Under the pieces are notes generated by a model, which was not told where the DNA came from, did not search any database, and saw only the letters and a list, made by a program, of their open reading frames with translations. Below are positions 1 through 13,545 of a stretch of DNA of 64,000 bases, piece by piece; the stretch's first letter is position 1, and every line of letters begins with the position of its first letter. The translations under genes were made by a program, and so were the position numbers. Source of the stretch: Ruditapes philippinarum (Eukaryota); assembly GCF_026571515.1 (NCBI RefSeq), contig NW_026863691.1, positions 372,001 to 436,000 of the forward strand, in the 5' to 3' direction.

Positions 1-558
1 GTTAATAGACATATAACAATCTTATCTACAAATGAATTGATAAAACAACGATCCCAGAAGCATTTAAGATAATAACAATCATTGGAAAAAAATAAATGCA
101 TATAAATTGTAAATTTGTGTATGACAACTCACCCCTAAACAAAACATAATAGACTCAACCAAGACAAGCGTCTGCTTCTTTACCTTTCTATGTAGTTGCA
201 TGACCATGATTAGCAATAGCAAACAAAATTTAGGAGCTAAAGCTATTGTAAAAATAACACTATGACCACAGCAGATTACGTACAGAAAAATGATTTGACA
301 TGATTAAACCAGTCATAAGCAAGAAAATCGCTAAAGCTCGCCAAGATGCACTCTCTCTCTCTCACCGGATAAACCTTTCAGACATCAACTATGTATTCTC
401 TATATTACATAGCATAAAAAGGTCATGCTAATACGTCATATATATTTCAAAATATAATGTATAATAAAGCACTGGTAACAAATCCCGGAAATACTCTTTG
501 TAATAGTAGTTTTAGAGACAATTTTTGCTTTTGTTAGAAGGATCCCATTTCATCCTTC

Positions 559-3500
559 TTAATCCATCGTGTGCCTGACTGCTATTTGGTCGTTGTTTTT
601 GTTCCCTACAATCTGTTTATTGTGTCTCATATTATCATTATTGCATACATTGTCTGTTTTCTTTGCAGTTTGAATTATCACAACTTCTCCCTTTTTGTAG
701 CAACCGCCACCATTTTGAAGACAGATACTAGGCCAAACAACTTCGTAGATGGTACCTTCTTCTTTCATCGGATCTATAACTGGCTGTTTTGGTGAGTATA
801 TTCTAAAATGTTCAATACATTCCGAATGGTTTCTGCCAATAACATCAAAATCTAGTCTTAATGGAGGGTTTGAAACTATTATCAACCAGCAGCAATCGAT
901 ATATTTGTCGAAAAACTTTTTCAAATCATTGACTACCTCTGCTTTATTTGCCCCGACATCGAAAGCACTTATTTCTTCTGTCGTCTTTAGTTTTAACCAT
1001 ATTTCCTATAAAAGCAGAGAAAATCGCAAATATCAGGTTCTTGCAACTGTACACAAAAAATTAAGTCAGATCAAACCGGCTTAGCTGCCCTCTTGGTTAA
1101 CGCAGCGCCCAAACACTTATATTATATTCATAGAAAACCAGCATTTGCTGATGAATAGAAGTAAAAACCACAAGAAAGCACTCAAGAATACACAAAGAGC
1201 GAACAAATGCTATTATCCCTTTCCAACAAAATTTTCAAGTAAAGTTCTAGAATAATTTTCTTATGGAGCGTCAAAAACAAATAACACATTATTTTAGCTT
1301 GTAACAAAACATTTCCTATTACTCACAATTTTTCATGTAGATTTTCATAAGTCTAAAGTCTTTTTGTAAATTAAAAACTGAATTATACATAATACGACAA
1401 TAATGATAATAATAATAATAATAATAATAATAAAATTTCTAAAGTTACTTACATGTACCAGTCTATTGCGTACTGCCTCTGTCCGGGCATATTTTCTTCG
1501 TAAAGAAAATAGTTCTGGATTCTAAAGAAACATGTAAAATAAATGTACATTACTATTACTTCTTAAACATAGAATATAGTACTTAAAATTAGATACATTT
1601 TAATTTTGGAAGTATCAAATCAATCCAAGCTTTTAGTTTTTAGAACTTAATATCTTTTTTCCCGGTTGGGTTTTACGTCGTACCAACGCAATATAGGTCA
1701 TAATTATGGCGATTTTTCAGCTTTACTGGTACAGGAAGACATCATGTGTCCAATTGAACATTATTTCAGGCACAAACGAGCACCGATAGCTTTGTCAAGT
1801 GAAGAAAATCTTTGAATTACCGTAAGTTTTAGAAAGAAATCTTACATCTTCTTGAAGAGGTGTTGGTTCATTTTCAGTAAGCAAGAAAAACAGACGAATC
1901 TGAGAATCAGCAGCTTTTCCACATTCTTCATAGACAAACTAAAAGTATTCAAATATACAGATAATATAATTCAAAGTAAAAAGCCAATAACCTTTCACAA
2001 AATGAATGAAATAATAAATGAAAATGAAAAACAATTTACAAAAAGATTTATCAAAACAACTTCTTTTCAACCTTGTTACTTTACACAAGTTGGTTTAAGC
2101 TAAAAATACAGCATATTGTGCTCTTATCCTTTCATTACAATGGAATAATTCATGTTTATACTTTTTAAAATAAATATATGTTTATACTATTTTATGATTC
2201 CATTTTTTTTTTCTATCATATATCACTATAATACTTTGCCATATACATGGAAGTATTATTTCTAACAATCGCAACTTCCTGGCACTTTCCGTCAAACTTC
2301 GGATAACAACCTCGAACACAATAGTAAGAATACGCAGAACGGTCTAACCTACGCTAAGAAAACTAAACATGTAAACAAAAAGTGATTTAATGTTAGGAGG
2401 TGATTGACTAAGTTTACGTCAGTATATCTAGTAAAAGACCAACTAAATTAAGTAAATTTATAGAGAAATAAAAGTAATCAGTACATTTTATATAGTTATG
2501 ATCATAGTTGTTGAAAACGAAAGTAAATAATGCTTACAATAATTCGTATTTGGTTATAATTGTACATCAGTGGGCATTTTTGAATTGATAATGATTGTCA
2601 GACATATTTTCAATCATTATTTTACCGAAAGGAAAGTCTATTCATATTATATTTAGGTTATTATGAATAATAGCCGATATGTTCCGATTGCATTTTTAAT
2701 GGGCTTACAATTATCACGATTACCTTCATCATCTGTGTTAGGTGATGTATAAGTTCAAGCTCAGTTAATGAGACGCCCAGCTTTCCTAGTCGTCTAGACA
2801 GATAAACCCAGTCATTGTCATAAAGTTTATAGAACTTCTCTGTGATGTTTGAGTTGGAGAACTCGTCATTTAAATTTTCAAAATTTCCTTTCTCTTCCAT
2901 AACCTTTGCCATTTCAGTTGTTATAGCATGCGACCTGTAAAGGATTTTTTTGTTTGGTTTTACGGCGCACCAACACAATTTACTTCATAAGGCGCCGAAA
3001 CAAGAATGATAATTTTGTCTAAACTCGGGTGATACAAACTACCTGCTGAAGCTAAGAGATGCTTCGAAACTATTAAGTCGCCTCTTAGGCTCGGTCCCTG
3101 TAATTCTGATGCCTCAAATCATTAAAAGCAGCCCTAAGGCGACAAAGAAAGGGGTGGGGGCAGGAATGGGGGTGGTTGTAAAGGAATTAAAGGCTTTGTT
3201 TGATAGACTTCCTATGCTGTAATGAATCGTTATCATTACACTTACATTGAAAACAACTGACATGACAGACTAATATTGCATGACGAAATAATTAAAAAAA
3301 TGAAATTAAAAAAAAATCATATCTCGGTCTTAAATGTTTACCCAAACTTAAAAGTGATTGTGTCTACTAAAACAACTACTTGGAAAATTAATATATCGGT
3401 GAAATTACTTTATGAGGAAAGATTTTAATTTCCTAAGTAGGTCGGTCATGATTTCCCGTTAATGATCTCTTTAAGTAATTACGTATTCTTCAATTTTAGT

Positions 3501-4656
3501 TTCAATTTTGCATTATGTTCTTCGAAGTACTTATTATCATTTTATTACCGCCTTTCAAGTTCACGAATTCGTTGTTTAGCCTTTTTATTTGTCACTTTTA
3601 AGCGTTCTACTTCACATTCCCTATCCTTTATTATTTGTTCCATTTCATCAATCACATCCATTCCGCCAATTTCTTCCCTCTGAAATATAATATAGTAAGA
3701 CAATCATTTATGGAAGAATCACGTTAACTTTTATAACTTTTTTTAAATAATTTTTATTTCCGTATAAATTCTTTTTATGTCCTGTTTTAAGAAATACTAA
3801 ACGCGTTAATATAAGGTCTAAATTGTTGAGTCAGACATCCGAGCATGTTTATACTGTTGACTTCTCAGATATATATCTTTCATACTAAAATCCTAATACT
3901 ACAAAAAAATTGCAAGAAAGTTATATAAAACGAAGCCGAGAAAGAGTAATATATTGAATGGTGTGAAAAAAGTGTTTTGTTTATTCCAGTAAATTATTAG
4001 TATGTATTTTACCATCACCAATGTCTAGGGCAACATTTATTTGAAGAAATGTTTATATTTGTTATATGCTAAAAAGTCTTTACATTGTACATTATTCGGT
4101 ACTTCCAAATTTCTAAACTGTATCTTAAAAAGTTCAAAAAGGTAATAACCAACCCTTTGACGTTCATGTTTGTCATGCCTTTTATGTTCACTGTAAAAGA
4201 ACAAATGTTTAATCAGATCTTTGTTGTTTTTAATTCCTTAATTACGTTTAAGGCATTAATAAAATATCACCATATTAAATATCAGAATCAAATTCAAGCC
4301 GCTGTTTTGAATAGGCTACATGATAATATTAATATAGGAGGAGCTTATACACAATATCATTGTTATGGGTATTTTTTTTTAAAAGTTTAAATTGAATGGT
4401 GTTTGCAAATAAATGATACAAGATATTTAATATTCTAATCCCTACTTTAGCTACTGCTTAAGTTGACAATCTCTTATTGAAGGCATGCAAATTTTCAATC
4501 TAGAGAGTCACTTGTAAGGTTCAAATACCTTGAGCTTTCTTCCACCAGTGTCGTTCCGCCCAAACCACCGTGATCAGAAGCTGAACATGGGCCAATCTCA
4601 TCTAATAAAGCTTGAAATTGGTCAGTGTCCTTAACACAATCAGCACGTAGTTCCAT
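559..4656 (-). CDS. MIEAP/SPATA18-domain protein, paralog A (~371 aa, 7 coding exons)
   Basis: Exons 4529-4656, 4154-4190, 3549-3679, 2724-2934, 1846-1938, 1453-1521, 559-1005; GT/AG boundaries and compatible phases give one open frame. Coiled coil (EMEQIIKDRECEVERLK...ELERR), Mieap-type motif NITEKFYKLYDNDW, C-terminal CCWLIIVSNPP...EVVWPSICL...KKGEVV. The 5' exons are less certain than the last five. Confidence 0.82.
1665..1787 (-). mobile_element. SINE-like element fragment in a paralog A intron
   Basis: Reverse-complement similarity to 16286-16455 (gacgtaaaaccc tail, ataggtca, gaagac, ttatttcaggcac). Confidence 0.65.
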
Positions 4657-4827
4657 ATCTGTAATACATGCGTAGTAAATGCATAGAGTACATGACATAC
4701 TGACGAAAAATACAATGGTATGAATTCCATAATTAGGCAGTGTGGTTATTACAAAATAATGTATTTTATTTTAACAACATCACTTCCTGCATTAATATGT
4801 ACTTTATAAAGAAAGTGTAACTTAGTA

Positions 4828-4960
4828 CGCCCGCTTAGCTCACATAGGATTAGTAATCTAGGTTGGGTGGTTCGATCCTCAATCGAGACGACATTTATCC
4901 GTGACAATTCTCGGACACTGAGTCGTATGGTCATTTGTCTCTCCGCTGAGACAGATATCA
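4828..4960 (+). mobile_element. Degenerate tRNA-derived SINE head
   Basis: GCCCGCTTAGCTCA (A-box-like) followed by GGTTCGATCC (B-box-like); no full cloverleaf. Confidence 0.45.
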
Positions 4961-7900
4961 TATCATTTGGAATTATTAGTCGGTCACTTACGGTGAAAAC
5001 GATAATTTCTAGTTAGTTATCCAGGAAAGCGTGTTAGTTGGACAACCAAATTAAAATTAAATATTTGATATAAGATGATACTGATATTTGATGTCACTCG
5101 TAATTGTATCAAAGTAAGTTATCCAGATTACAAAGATAAAAAAATAAATAAAAAACAACAAGAACAAAACAACAAACAACAACAAAAACACTTCCTTTAT
5201 CGTATTGTATCTGTAAGATAATTGAATAATTGAGAGTAAATAGTGATAGTAAATATTAGATATAATTACTGCTACATTAAAGTTACAGATGACATAAAAA
5301 CTTACCATAGAGTTTACCTTTTGTTTTAATAATCAAACCAAATTTAATATAAATTGAAATGTACATACGATAATAAACTTCCGCTTTTTGAAGTATGCAC
5401 AAAGTGGTCTCTCTTGCATTTGATAAGACATGTATTACAAGTACCCGTACTTCAATACATACAACAACCATTTCAAGTACCCCTATTGTTTTTGGGCACA
5501 GATGCAGTGTGAATACTGTGTCAGCTTAATATCGTAAATAAATCGTTTGTTAATTGAACTCTTGAATATAATCTTTTTCGGCCGAAGGCCGTCTGATTTC
5601 ACCTTGACTTCCGCTAAAATTAACAGTAAAGAACTGAATATAGACAGAATTTTCATTGGTAGCCTGTCTGATTGACACTTTAGAAGAGCTTCCGTTATAG
5701 GTAGAGGTTTGTTCGATTGCGCGATGGAAAGAAGTGTTGGGAAAAGATATCAGTCAGAGTAAAAATAAAAACACAATAATGATATTTTCTAGATATTTAT
5801 ATTAACAACTTTTCAATAAATATATGAAATTAAATATGACAGATCGCCTTATTGATACTATTGTGTTCGATAGGGTTTCCCTTTCTTAGCTGTTCTAGTC
5901 ATTATTTTCTCTTCTCGAACCGGGCATAAGACGATTGAAACGAATTTTTGGCTAATTTACAGTTGCAAAATTCTCCGTGGAATTAGTGTACAGTATGTAC
6001 TAAATCTTTGTTTTATTGTAAATCCCTAAATAATAATTTTGTATCATATTGCACTAGATATGAGTATGATTTTTTAAAGCAGCTGTAAATCCATTAAAAG
6101 TAATTGGGGCGAGGGGGTGTCAGTTGTGTCATTTTGATATTTGACATTGGCGTGTCCCAAGAGTGGATATTGTTTTCGAGTCTTATATATTTATAACAGC
6201 GGTCTAGATATAGAGAACAGGAAACTACATTACTTTTATATTAAGTCTTGTTCTTAATTATGGGGGTCGTCTTGAGTACGGTTTCAACTTTAAATTGTTT
6301 CATATTTTAATGACAAAGCAAACTTTCATGTAAATTCTATATTATTGGACAGAAAGAAACCCAACGGAAAGATGTTATGAATTTTATATAAAAAGTTGTA
6401 CGCGTCTTATGTCAAAAATCCCTAAACAAAAGTTATGGGTTCACACAATGTGGATGAGTCATGTACATATTTGTTCGAAGGAAGTCCCATTTAAAAAATG
6501 TAATACTCACTACAACAAGTGCTAAATGCTGTGAGGAAGCCGTAATAAGTTGCTCGTACATCAGTGATGCTCTTTTTTCTGTAATCTGAAGCGCATTCGG
6601 TCAAATGTCCCACCACAGCTCGCTTTCTTCGAAGTAACTGGGAAGTGTATTCACTTAGCTGCATGCTAATTCTGGTCCATTTGATATCATTAATTTTACT
6701 TGTCAACGATTGAATAACGCTTAGCAAATTCAATGGTGCATGAGTTATGTTGCACATTACTTTATATCTAATAAACAGACTCACTGAAACCTTCGTTTCT
6801 GATATGATTGATTTTGATTTGATATCATTGCTTGAAGAACTTCCCTTTTCCAGAGGTTTTATACTCAAAACAGCGTGTGTCAGTTGCTGTGCGGCAGCCA
6901 CAAAAAGCCGCCTTGTTCTTTATCTCAGTGTGGTTATATGTTTCTGGTTCTTCGGGATCATTTGTTTTTTATACCTTTAGTCTTGTGACGATTAAAGCTG
7001 GTGCTAAGTTGCGTGTGAGGTGTTACTCATTACATTTTATCTCGTTAACGACCCCAATTATAGCGTGACTGCAATTTACAATTGTTTTTTTTTTCTTAAT
7101 GAAAGATCTCCTCTGTGCAGAGTTTCAGTATATAAACATTATTCAATTCAATCAAAACAGATTTGTGAAAGCTGATTACTTGTTCATTATAATACAAATG
7201 TCAATGGCACTGGCGTCATTGACAACAAAGAGCAATCGGTATATATATATATATATATATATGCCAATGATATTATTATTATGCATGCAATAGAAATAAC
7301 CGTTCAATATAAGATGTAGAATGCTTTTTTATTTTCTGTAAACTTTTCATTACAGAAAATCAAAAGTATATAGTACTCATTTTCTTTTCTTCAGATTTTT
7401 CTTTAAAAATATTGTTGTTAGTATTTATTTTTAGCTTTAGTTCTCAATCCACAAGAACGTTTCCTTAAGGTGAATATAGGTCGAGGTAAATTCATTTCAA
7501 AAAAGCGGCTACACTTTTGAAGACTATAGCACGCTATACAACTCTACTGATAAGGGGGGATAAAGGTTGTGGACATCAATACCCAGGCATATATGAAAGA
7601 ATATGAAAGGTACATCAATTCTATAAGCACAACCGCTGTTGTTAATCTATCGAATACTCAACTAACGGAAGTATGTTCAGGCAATATCAAATAATTGATA
7701 CGAAAAAACATTATCAACAACAACAATAAAAAACCAAAAACAACAACAACTTATATTCTGCATGGTGTTTTATTATAATACTACGGTATATCACGTGCAC
7801 AATGGTTAAGTACTTGCATTGAGTTAATAAAGCCAATAAATGTAATCGCTTCATGTAAAGGCAATCAAAAAGAAAAGCAAACTACATGTTATACATGTAT

Positions 7901-8047
7901 ATTTATATATTTTTACACAAGTATGACACAAGTATTTTCAACATTTTCAACAGAACACGTCATAGAGTTCAGAACGTTTAACAAACATCTCATTCAAAAA
8001 GAGTTCTTACAGATAAATTGAATTATTTATTTATGCATAACTATTCA

Positions 8048-11000
8048 CTATGCCTGTTTTCCCCTTTTGACAACAACAACATCACCTTTCATATAAATTG
8101 CAGGACCTTCTTCGAGTTGCACACATGGCCAAACAACTTCACATATTGTACCTTCAATTTTAGTCATATCCTCGACAGGTCTTTTAGTAGAATACATTTT
8201 AAAGTGGTCATCACAGTCACTAAACATTTTACCGACGACGTCAAAATCTAGAACCATTGCTGGATTCGATACTGCCAAAAGCAAGCAACATTCAATGTAT
8301 TCGTCCAGAAAAGTCTTTAATTTTTCCCTTGCTGTACTGGTATTATCCCCGGAGCATAATGCACCCACATCCTCTGTTTGCATAAGCTTATCTGTAATCT
8401 CCTGAAATTATCATTTCTTGCATAATTTCTTAAAAAGTGTAATTACGTCATTTTATAAAACGTCAATAAATACACTGTCGGTTTGCTTAAGAAAGTACAT
8501 GCAAATTAAACAAAAAATTTAAATCAAATAACAATATGTTAGTTAAAAATTTTAATAAGAAAGGCATATTCTATTTTCATTTTTAATCATGAATATTGAT
8601 AAATTACAATGTATATGAATATTTCAATAAAGTTACGAATAATAAGATTTTTTGACATCAGAAAGGTGTTGAATGAAACAATTAATATTCAATTACCTGA
8701 ACAATTCTTTGCTTTACATAATCTCCAAAAACATATTTCTTGAACATAATTTTGGCATCTGCCAGCTGAGAAGGGATGAAGTATATTTTATTAAAACATA
8801 TATTCAAGAATTCATTGTTAGAATTGTCGTATGTCGTATGTTTGTCAGACTTGTAGTGTCAAAAAGCATATGCTCTTTTGAATTAATTTTTATGTCGACA
8901 AAGAATTGCAAATAAGTAACTAGGCATTATCTATTTCCTATTGACTTTTGACAAGACACATCTATCAATTAGAATGTTAGGTCTTCTTTTGTATTTGAAA
9001 TGGACCAGAAAAAATAAACAATGAAAAGGTTGAATCTGATTTTTTTTCGTTATTTTACTGTGAAAATAGAACTGAAATAGTTCTTACATCTTCATCTATA
9101 GGGTTGTCTTTTAGACTGTTGACATGCAGAAGCACACATAACTTCTCTTCTGCCAATGTTTTACACTCTTGATATGCCATCTACAATTAAGAACAAATTC
9201 TTGTTATTATTGAAACTGAATCATAAATATTTTGATGCTATAAATTACATAATTTGCCATATTTACTTACTTATTTTACTTTTCTTATTAGGTTATAAAC
9301 GTATCTTTTTTATAAAGAACATAGAACCAACACAACAAGGCAACAAAACAAAGTAAAAAAATGACCACAGGTCTCTGAAAACATTAGTCTGGGAGCAACA
9401 TTTAAACGTATTATTAACATCTTGAACATTAAATAAGTGAAAGTGAAATATTTTGTTTATAAAATACCTTCATTAAATTCGTGATATGTGATATTCTCTC
9501 CACTTCAGGCATGGCTTGACAATTTTTTAACATCCACTTTATCAATAATACCCATTTTTGAGAGTACAAGCATTCAAATCTTTGGGATAGTTTCGTATTA
9601 TTTACTTCTTCATTTACATCCTCAAAGTTTCCTTTTGAATCGTTTATTCTTGACATTGCTCTTGTCAATGACATTGATCTGTGGACATAATAAGACATTT
9701 TGATAAGGTATTACCATCCAAATTTAAAATTCTTACACGAATATTAATTTATCAATCCATGTTATTAAGATATGGTGTTATGTTTTTTCCACAATGATAT
9801 TGGTATATGTTTAATTATTCATACCGTCTTCTAAATCGTCTGTTTCGATATCAACTTTGTACTTATGTATTTTGCATCAACGAAAGAAAGAAAAGAAATA
9901 AAAGCATTTCCTAAAAATAAAAATGCTTTATTCCGAGCTTACCGATTTTCCAAATCCTTGTTCTTTTTTCTTTGTTGTTCACATTCCTTCCTCAGATGTT
10001 CACATTCTTTTTCAAGTGTTTTATATTGTTCTTGTAATGCTTCATTTTCATGAGTTATTTGTAGCAAATTTGCATCATATTCTCGCTTTAGTTCCTGTGT
10101 ATGGTAGGCTTCATTCGGTCTTTCATTTTGCTAAATTTGTAAAATAGATTATATTATAACAGCCACATAATTCTAAAGTATATGTTTTTTGTTGTTATTA
10201 AATGGTTTTGATATCATTCTACACTCAATGATTGAATAGTTGGTAATAATATTTTGTCTCCGAATCTGAGGTCACTAGATGATAAAGGAAAAAAAATAAT
10301 GAACCATTACAAGAGTAAATAAAGTCATACTAAAAACAATTGTTAAAAATGTAGAAATGAAGCTGTAAATATTTTAACATACCCTTTCTAATATACCATG
10401 TCTTCCACCACTTTGGGCAGTATTTCCTTCATATCTGTTTCTAATGTAAAACATTAAACCATTTATACATACACTTCATTATTATAGAATAATATCCTGT
10501 AAGTATAATTCAAAAACATGTCCGCTTTCAATTTTAATCATAGTAAATTTAAGTACCTATATTTTGCTATGATTTAAAAGAAACCATATAGAAACGATTA
10601 TATATTTCAGAAAACAAGAAAGAGCTCCTTCCATCTCTTACCGACTTTGTAATTCATATTCTTCTCTTACATTCTCTGGCTGGCCAACATTATTGCTTCT
10701 TCTCCCGGTACTTTTATTTTGCTGAAAATGCAAAAAGGATATTACAGTTAAAACAAATAATACTTTAACATATATTAGTTATTTTTGCTTTCTCTCTCCC
10801 CAAGAAAATCTATATTCTAGGGGAATCTGAGCAAAGTATTAATGATAATAATGAAAGAAATGTCTAAAACATTCGATTATTAATGTATCATCAAAAATAG
10901 GTGATAAAATTTGTAAATTATAAAAAATTTAATTGCAATGGTTTTATTAGGCCAAAGGACACCATACCTTTTCTTCATTCCGTCCATTTTGAACTGTTTT

Positions 11001-11476
11001 TTCTTTAAACCTGTTTGCACAATTTAAAAATAATATTTGATTCGACAAAATATAAACATGTTTACAATTAATTGTAACCAAATAGATACGTACACATTAG
11101 CATTACCGTATTAACCGATTCAATATGTACACATGAACAACCTTTAAATGTAGGGCAAGTTCACACTTTTTTCTAACTTATTATATTAAAGCTTATAACG
11201 GTTTAAAATTTATATTTGTTTATCAGTTACTTGAATTCATGCTTTTACACAACTATAACAAAGTTTTGATTTGTCAATGACAAACCTCTCTAGCTTATAT
11301 TAGATTAACTGATTTGTGAATTGTAGTAAACATTAAAAATTGAAAACGAAAGTATAATACGAAACAATTACGTACGAATTTTGTATATCTGGTACATTGG
11401 ATGATGATTGTCCATCCGTTGCACTGGAAACAAAAGCAACTGCATATTCATTTCCATTAATCCAATCTGGCTTCAT
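8048..11476 (-). CDS. MIEAP/SPATA18-domain protein, paralog B (~398 aa, 9 coding exons, optional 15-nt microexon)
   Basis: Exons 11376-11476, 10968-11010, 10642-10721, 10383-10440, 9943-10130, [9825-9839], 9468-9678, 9088-9180, 8697-8765, 8048-8401, all phase-compatible. Motifs KLSQRFECLYSQKW and ECCLLLAVSNPAM...EVVWPCVQL...KGDVVV. Confidence 0.85.
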
Positions 11477-13364
11477 AATTAAGCAATTCAGCAGAAACTA
11501 TTACACGATGTTTAAACCTGCAGATCACGTGATATGTAGATATTTACAAAGCAGGAAGTTATTCATAAGTTATCTGTTTAAACATGTAACCAATGAACTA
11601 ATCCTACTTTCACTTTCGATTTAACTTTTTTATATAAGGGGTTTCTATGCCAAATTCTAAAGTAATTCAGTTAAGCATTTCAAAACAGGCTAAAGTGCTG
11701 GCCAATGAAGCAACTGAAGTCTTTATTAGTGAAAAATAATCAAATAGATACATTTTTGTCAGAAATGGGTTAATTATATTGCTGGTGGTTTTACGTAAGT
11801 AAGGTTAACATTACCTGTAAGTTACATATGGCTCATTTGGAGACACCATACATTCTTGAGCACTATTTACAACATATTTCTTTCCCTTTCTAATTCTAAT
11901 AAACGGTAAACAAGACATTCTATTGCAAAATAATAATAACGAATGAATACAAGCGATTCGCATTCATTAAACATGACTTGATAATGATTACTTTATACAC
12001 TCAAAATTTAATCATATCCATGTAGATTAATAGATGTCAGATGTTGTATGTTTACAATGAGGCCTTTACCACGTCCTTTATAACGAGGCCTTTACCGCTT
12101 CCTTTACCACGTGCACGACAACTTTCTTGAAAATATTCGACTTTGAACTTTTAAGTGTGCCTAATCTATTCTTGCATACTTTCATCCTTTAATTTCCAGT
12201 TTAATAACACAATGATATTTTACACATATCACTTGAGAGATAATGTGACGTTCATGAGTGTTTTCAATTAGCGGCAGCAAATAAAATCAATGGATAAAAA
12301 TATGTACAATTTTCCAATCTTTCCCAATTCAAAATACATTTTTGATTACAATAATGGGATTGAAATCTGACTTTCGGTACAGTATAGTATCGTATTTCTA
12401 TATTTATAGTACATATCCTATGCATGTCTCAGTCCATGAAATGGAATAATTCGAAATAGCTTAACGTACTGCAAAATCAATATAAATCGTGGGGAATAGG
12501 CCAATACACTTATTTAAGTTGCAACTAAATTTATGTCGTCTGCTTTAAGATTGTTTTGTATAACATCGTTTGCATTTTTTTTGCAATTTTGCAAAACAGA
12601 AAATCAACGAATTTAAGTATATACAAAATTCGTCCTTTTTGGCAAATGTACAATTTCCTGATGTGCAAATCAAAATAAAATGATATTCGTCTTCAATGTC
12701 GTGCTTATCACAGAATATACAATGACGTTGATTTCCCTCGTTTCTCTAGGTATCGTATCGACCTATTTGAATTTTCAAAGAATGTGAAGACAACCTTAAT
12801 TGTGTTAAATAACATCTTAAAGTTTAATAACGTTTATTCACAGTAAAGGCCAAATGTTGTTTTTCTACACCAAAATATGAAGCATGTCACTATTAAGCAG
12901 TCATTGGAGCATGTAATGATATCAACATACATACCATACACCCATTTATCCATTTCATTGACATTTACATCGATAGCTTGACTCAACTATCTGAAAAGAA
13001 AATGACTAGCTCTAGACAATATTGTGTTTTCTTAGGATATTTAGAATATGCAGAAAGTTGGTTTTGGTTCTCCTCATGCCGGTGCTAGGAGGAAGGTGAT
13101 GGATGATAACTTTGTACTTACCACTACTGTCTATGGACAGACTCATTTTCACTCATTTCATTTTTCCGTTTAGGGACTTTTTAGATACTTCGTTCTTTCC
13201 TATTCCATCACAAAAAAATTTCCTAGGCAACCACGCTGGTAGAGTGTATCCTACAGCTCTTCCGCACAATGTCATATTACCTACTTTTTTCTGACAGAAA
13301 CATCAAAAGGTGTAAGGAGACAGTAAGTTGTCATAGAGTATTTTGCTCGATGAATATCTCTCAA

Positions 13365-13545
13365 GGGGAGCACTGGCCGAATGGTTTAGATGTCTGCCTA
13401 CCAACCAAGAGTTCGTTGGTTCGAGCTCTTTTTGGGTCAAAGCCAAGATTTCTTAAACGACATCGTTTCTATAGATGTTCCAGGTAGCGGATTGTGATAT
13501 AAATATATGTTGCATGATCTGGTTTTTCAATCAAGCTTGGATAAA
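13365..13545 (+). mobile_element. Degenerate tRNA-derived SINE
   Basis: A-box-like TGGCCGAATGG and B-box-like GGTTCGAGCTC with tRNA-like spacing. Confidence 0.5.

Noticed and set aside
6491-7068. Overlapping ORFs of 77-136 aa between paralogs A and B
   Set aside because: No recognisable motif or convincing splice partners; not similar to the paralog exons.
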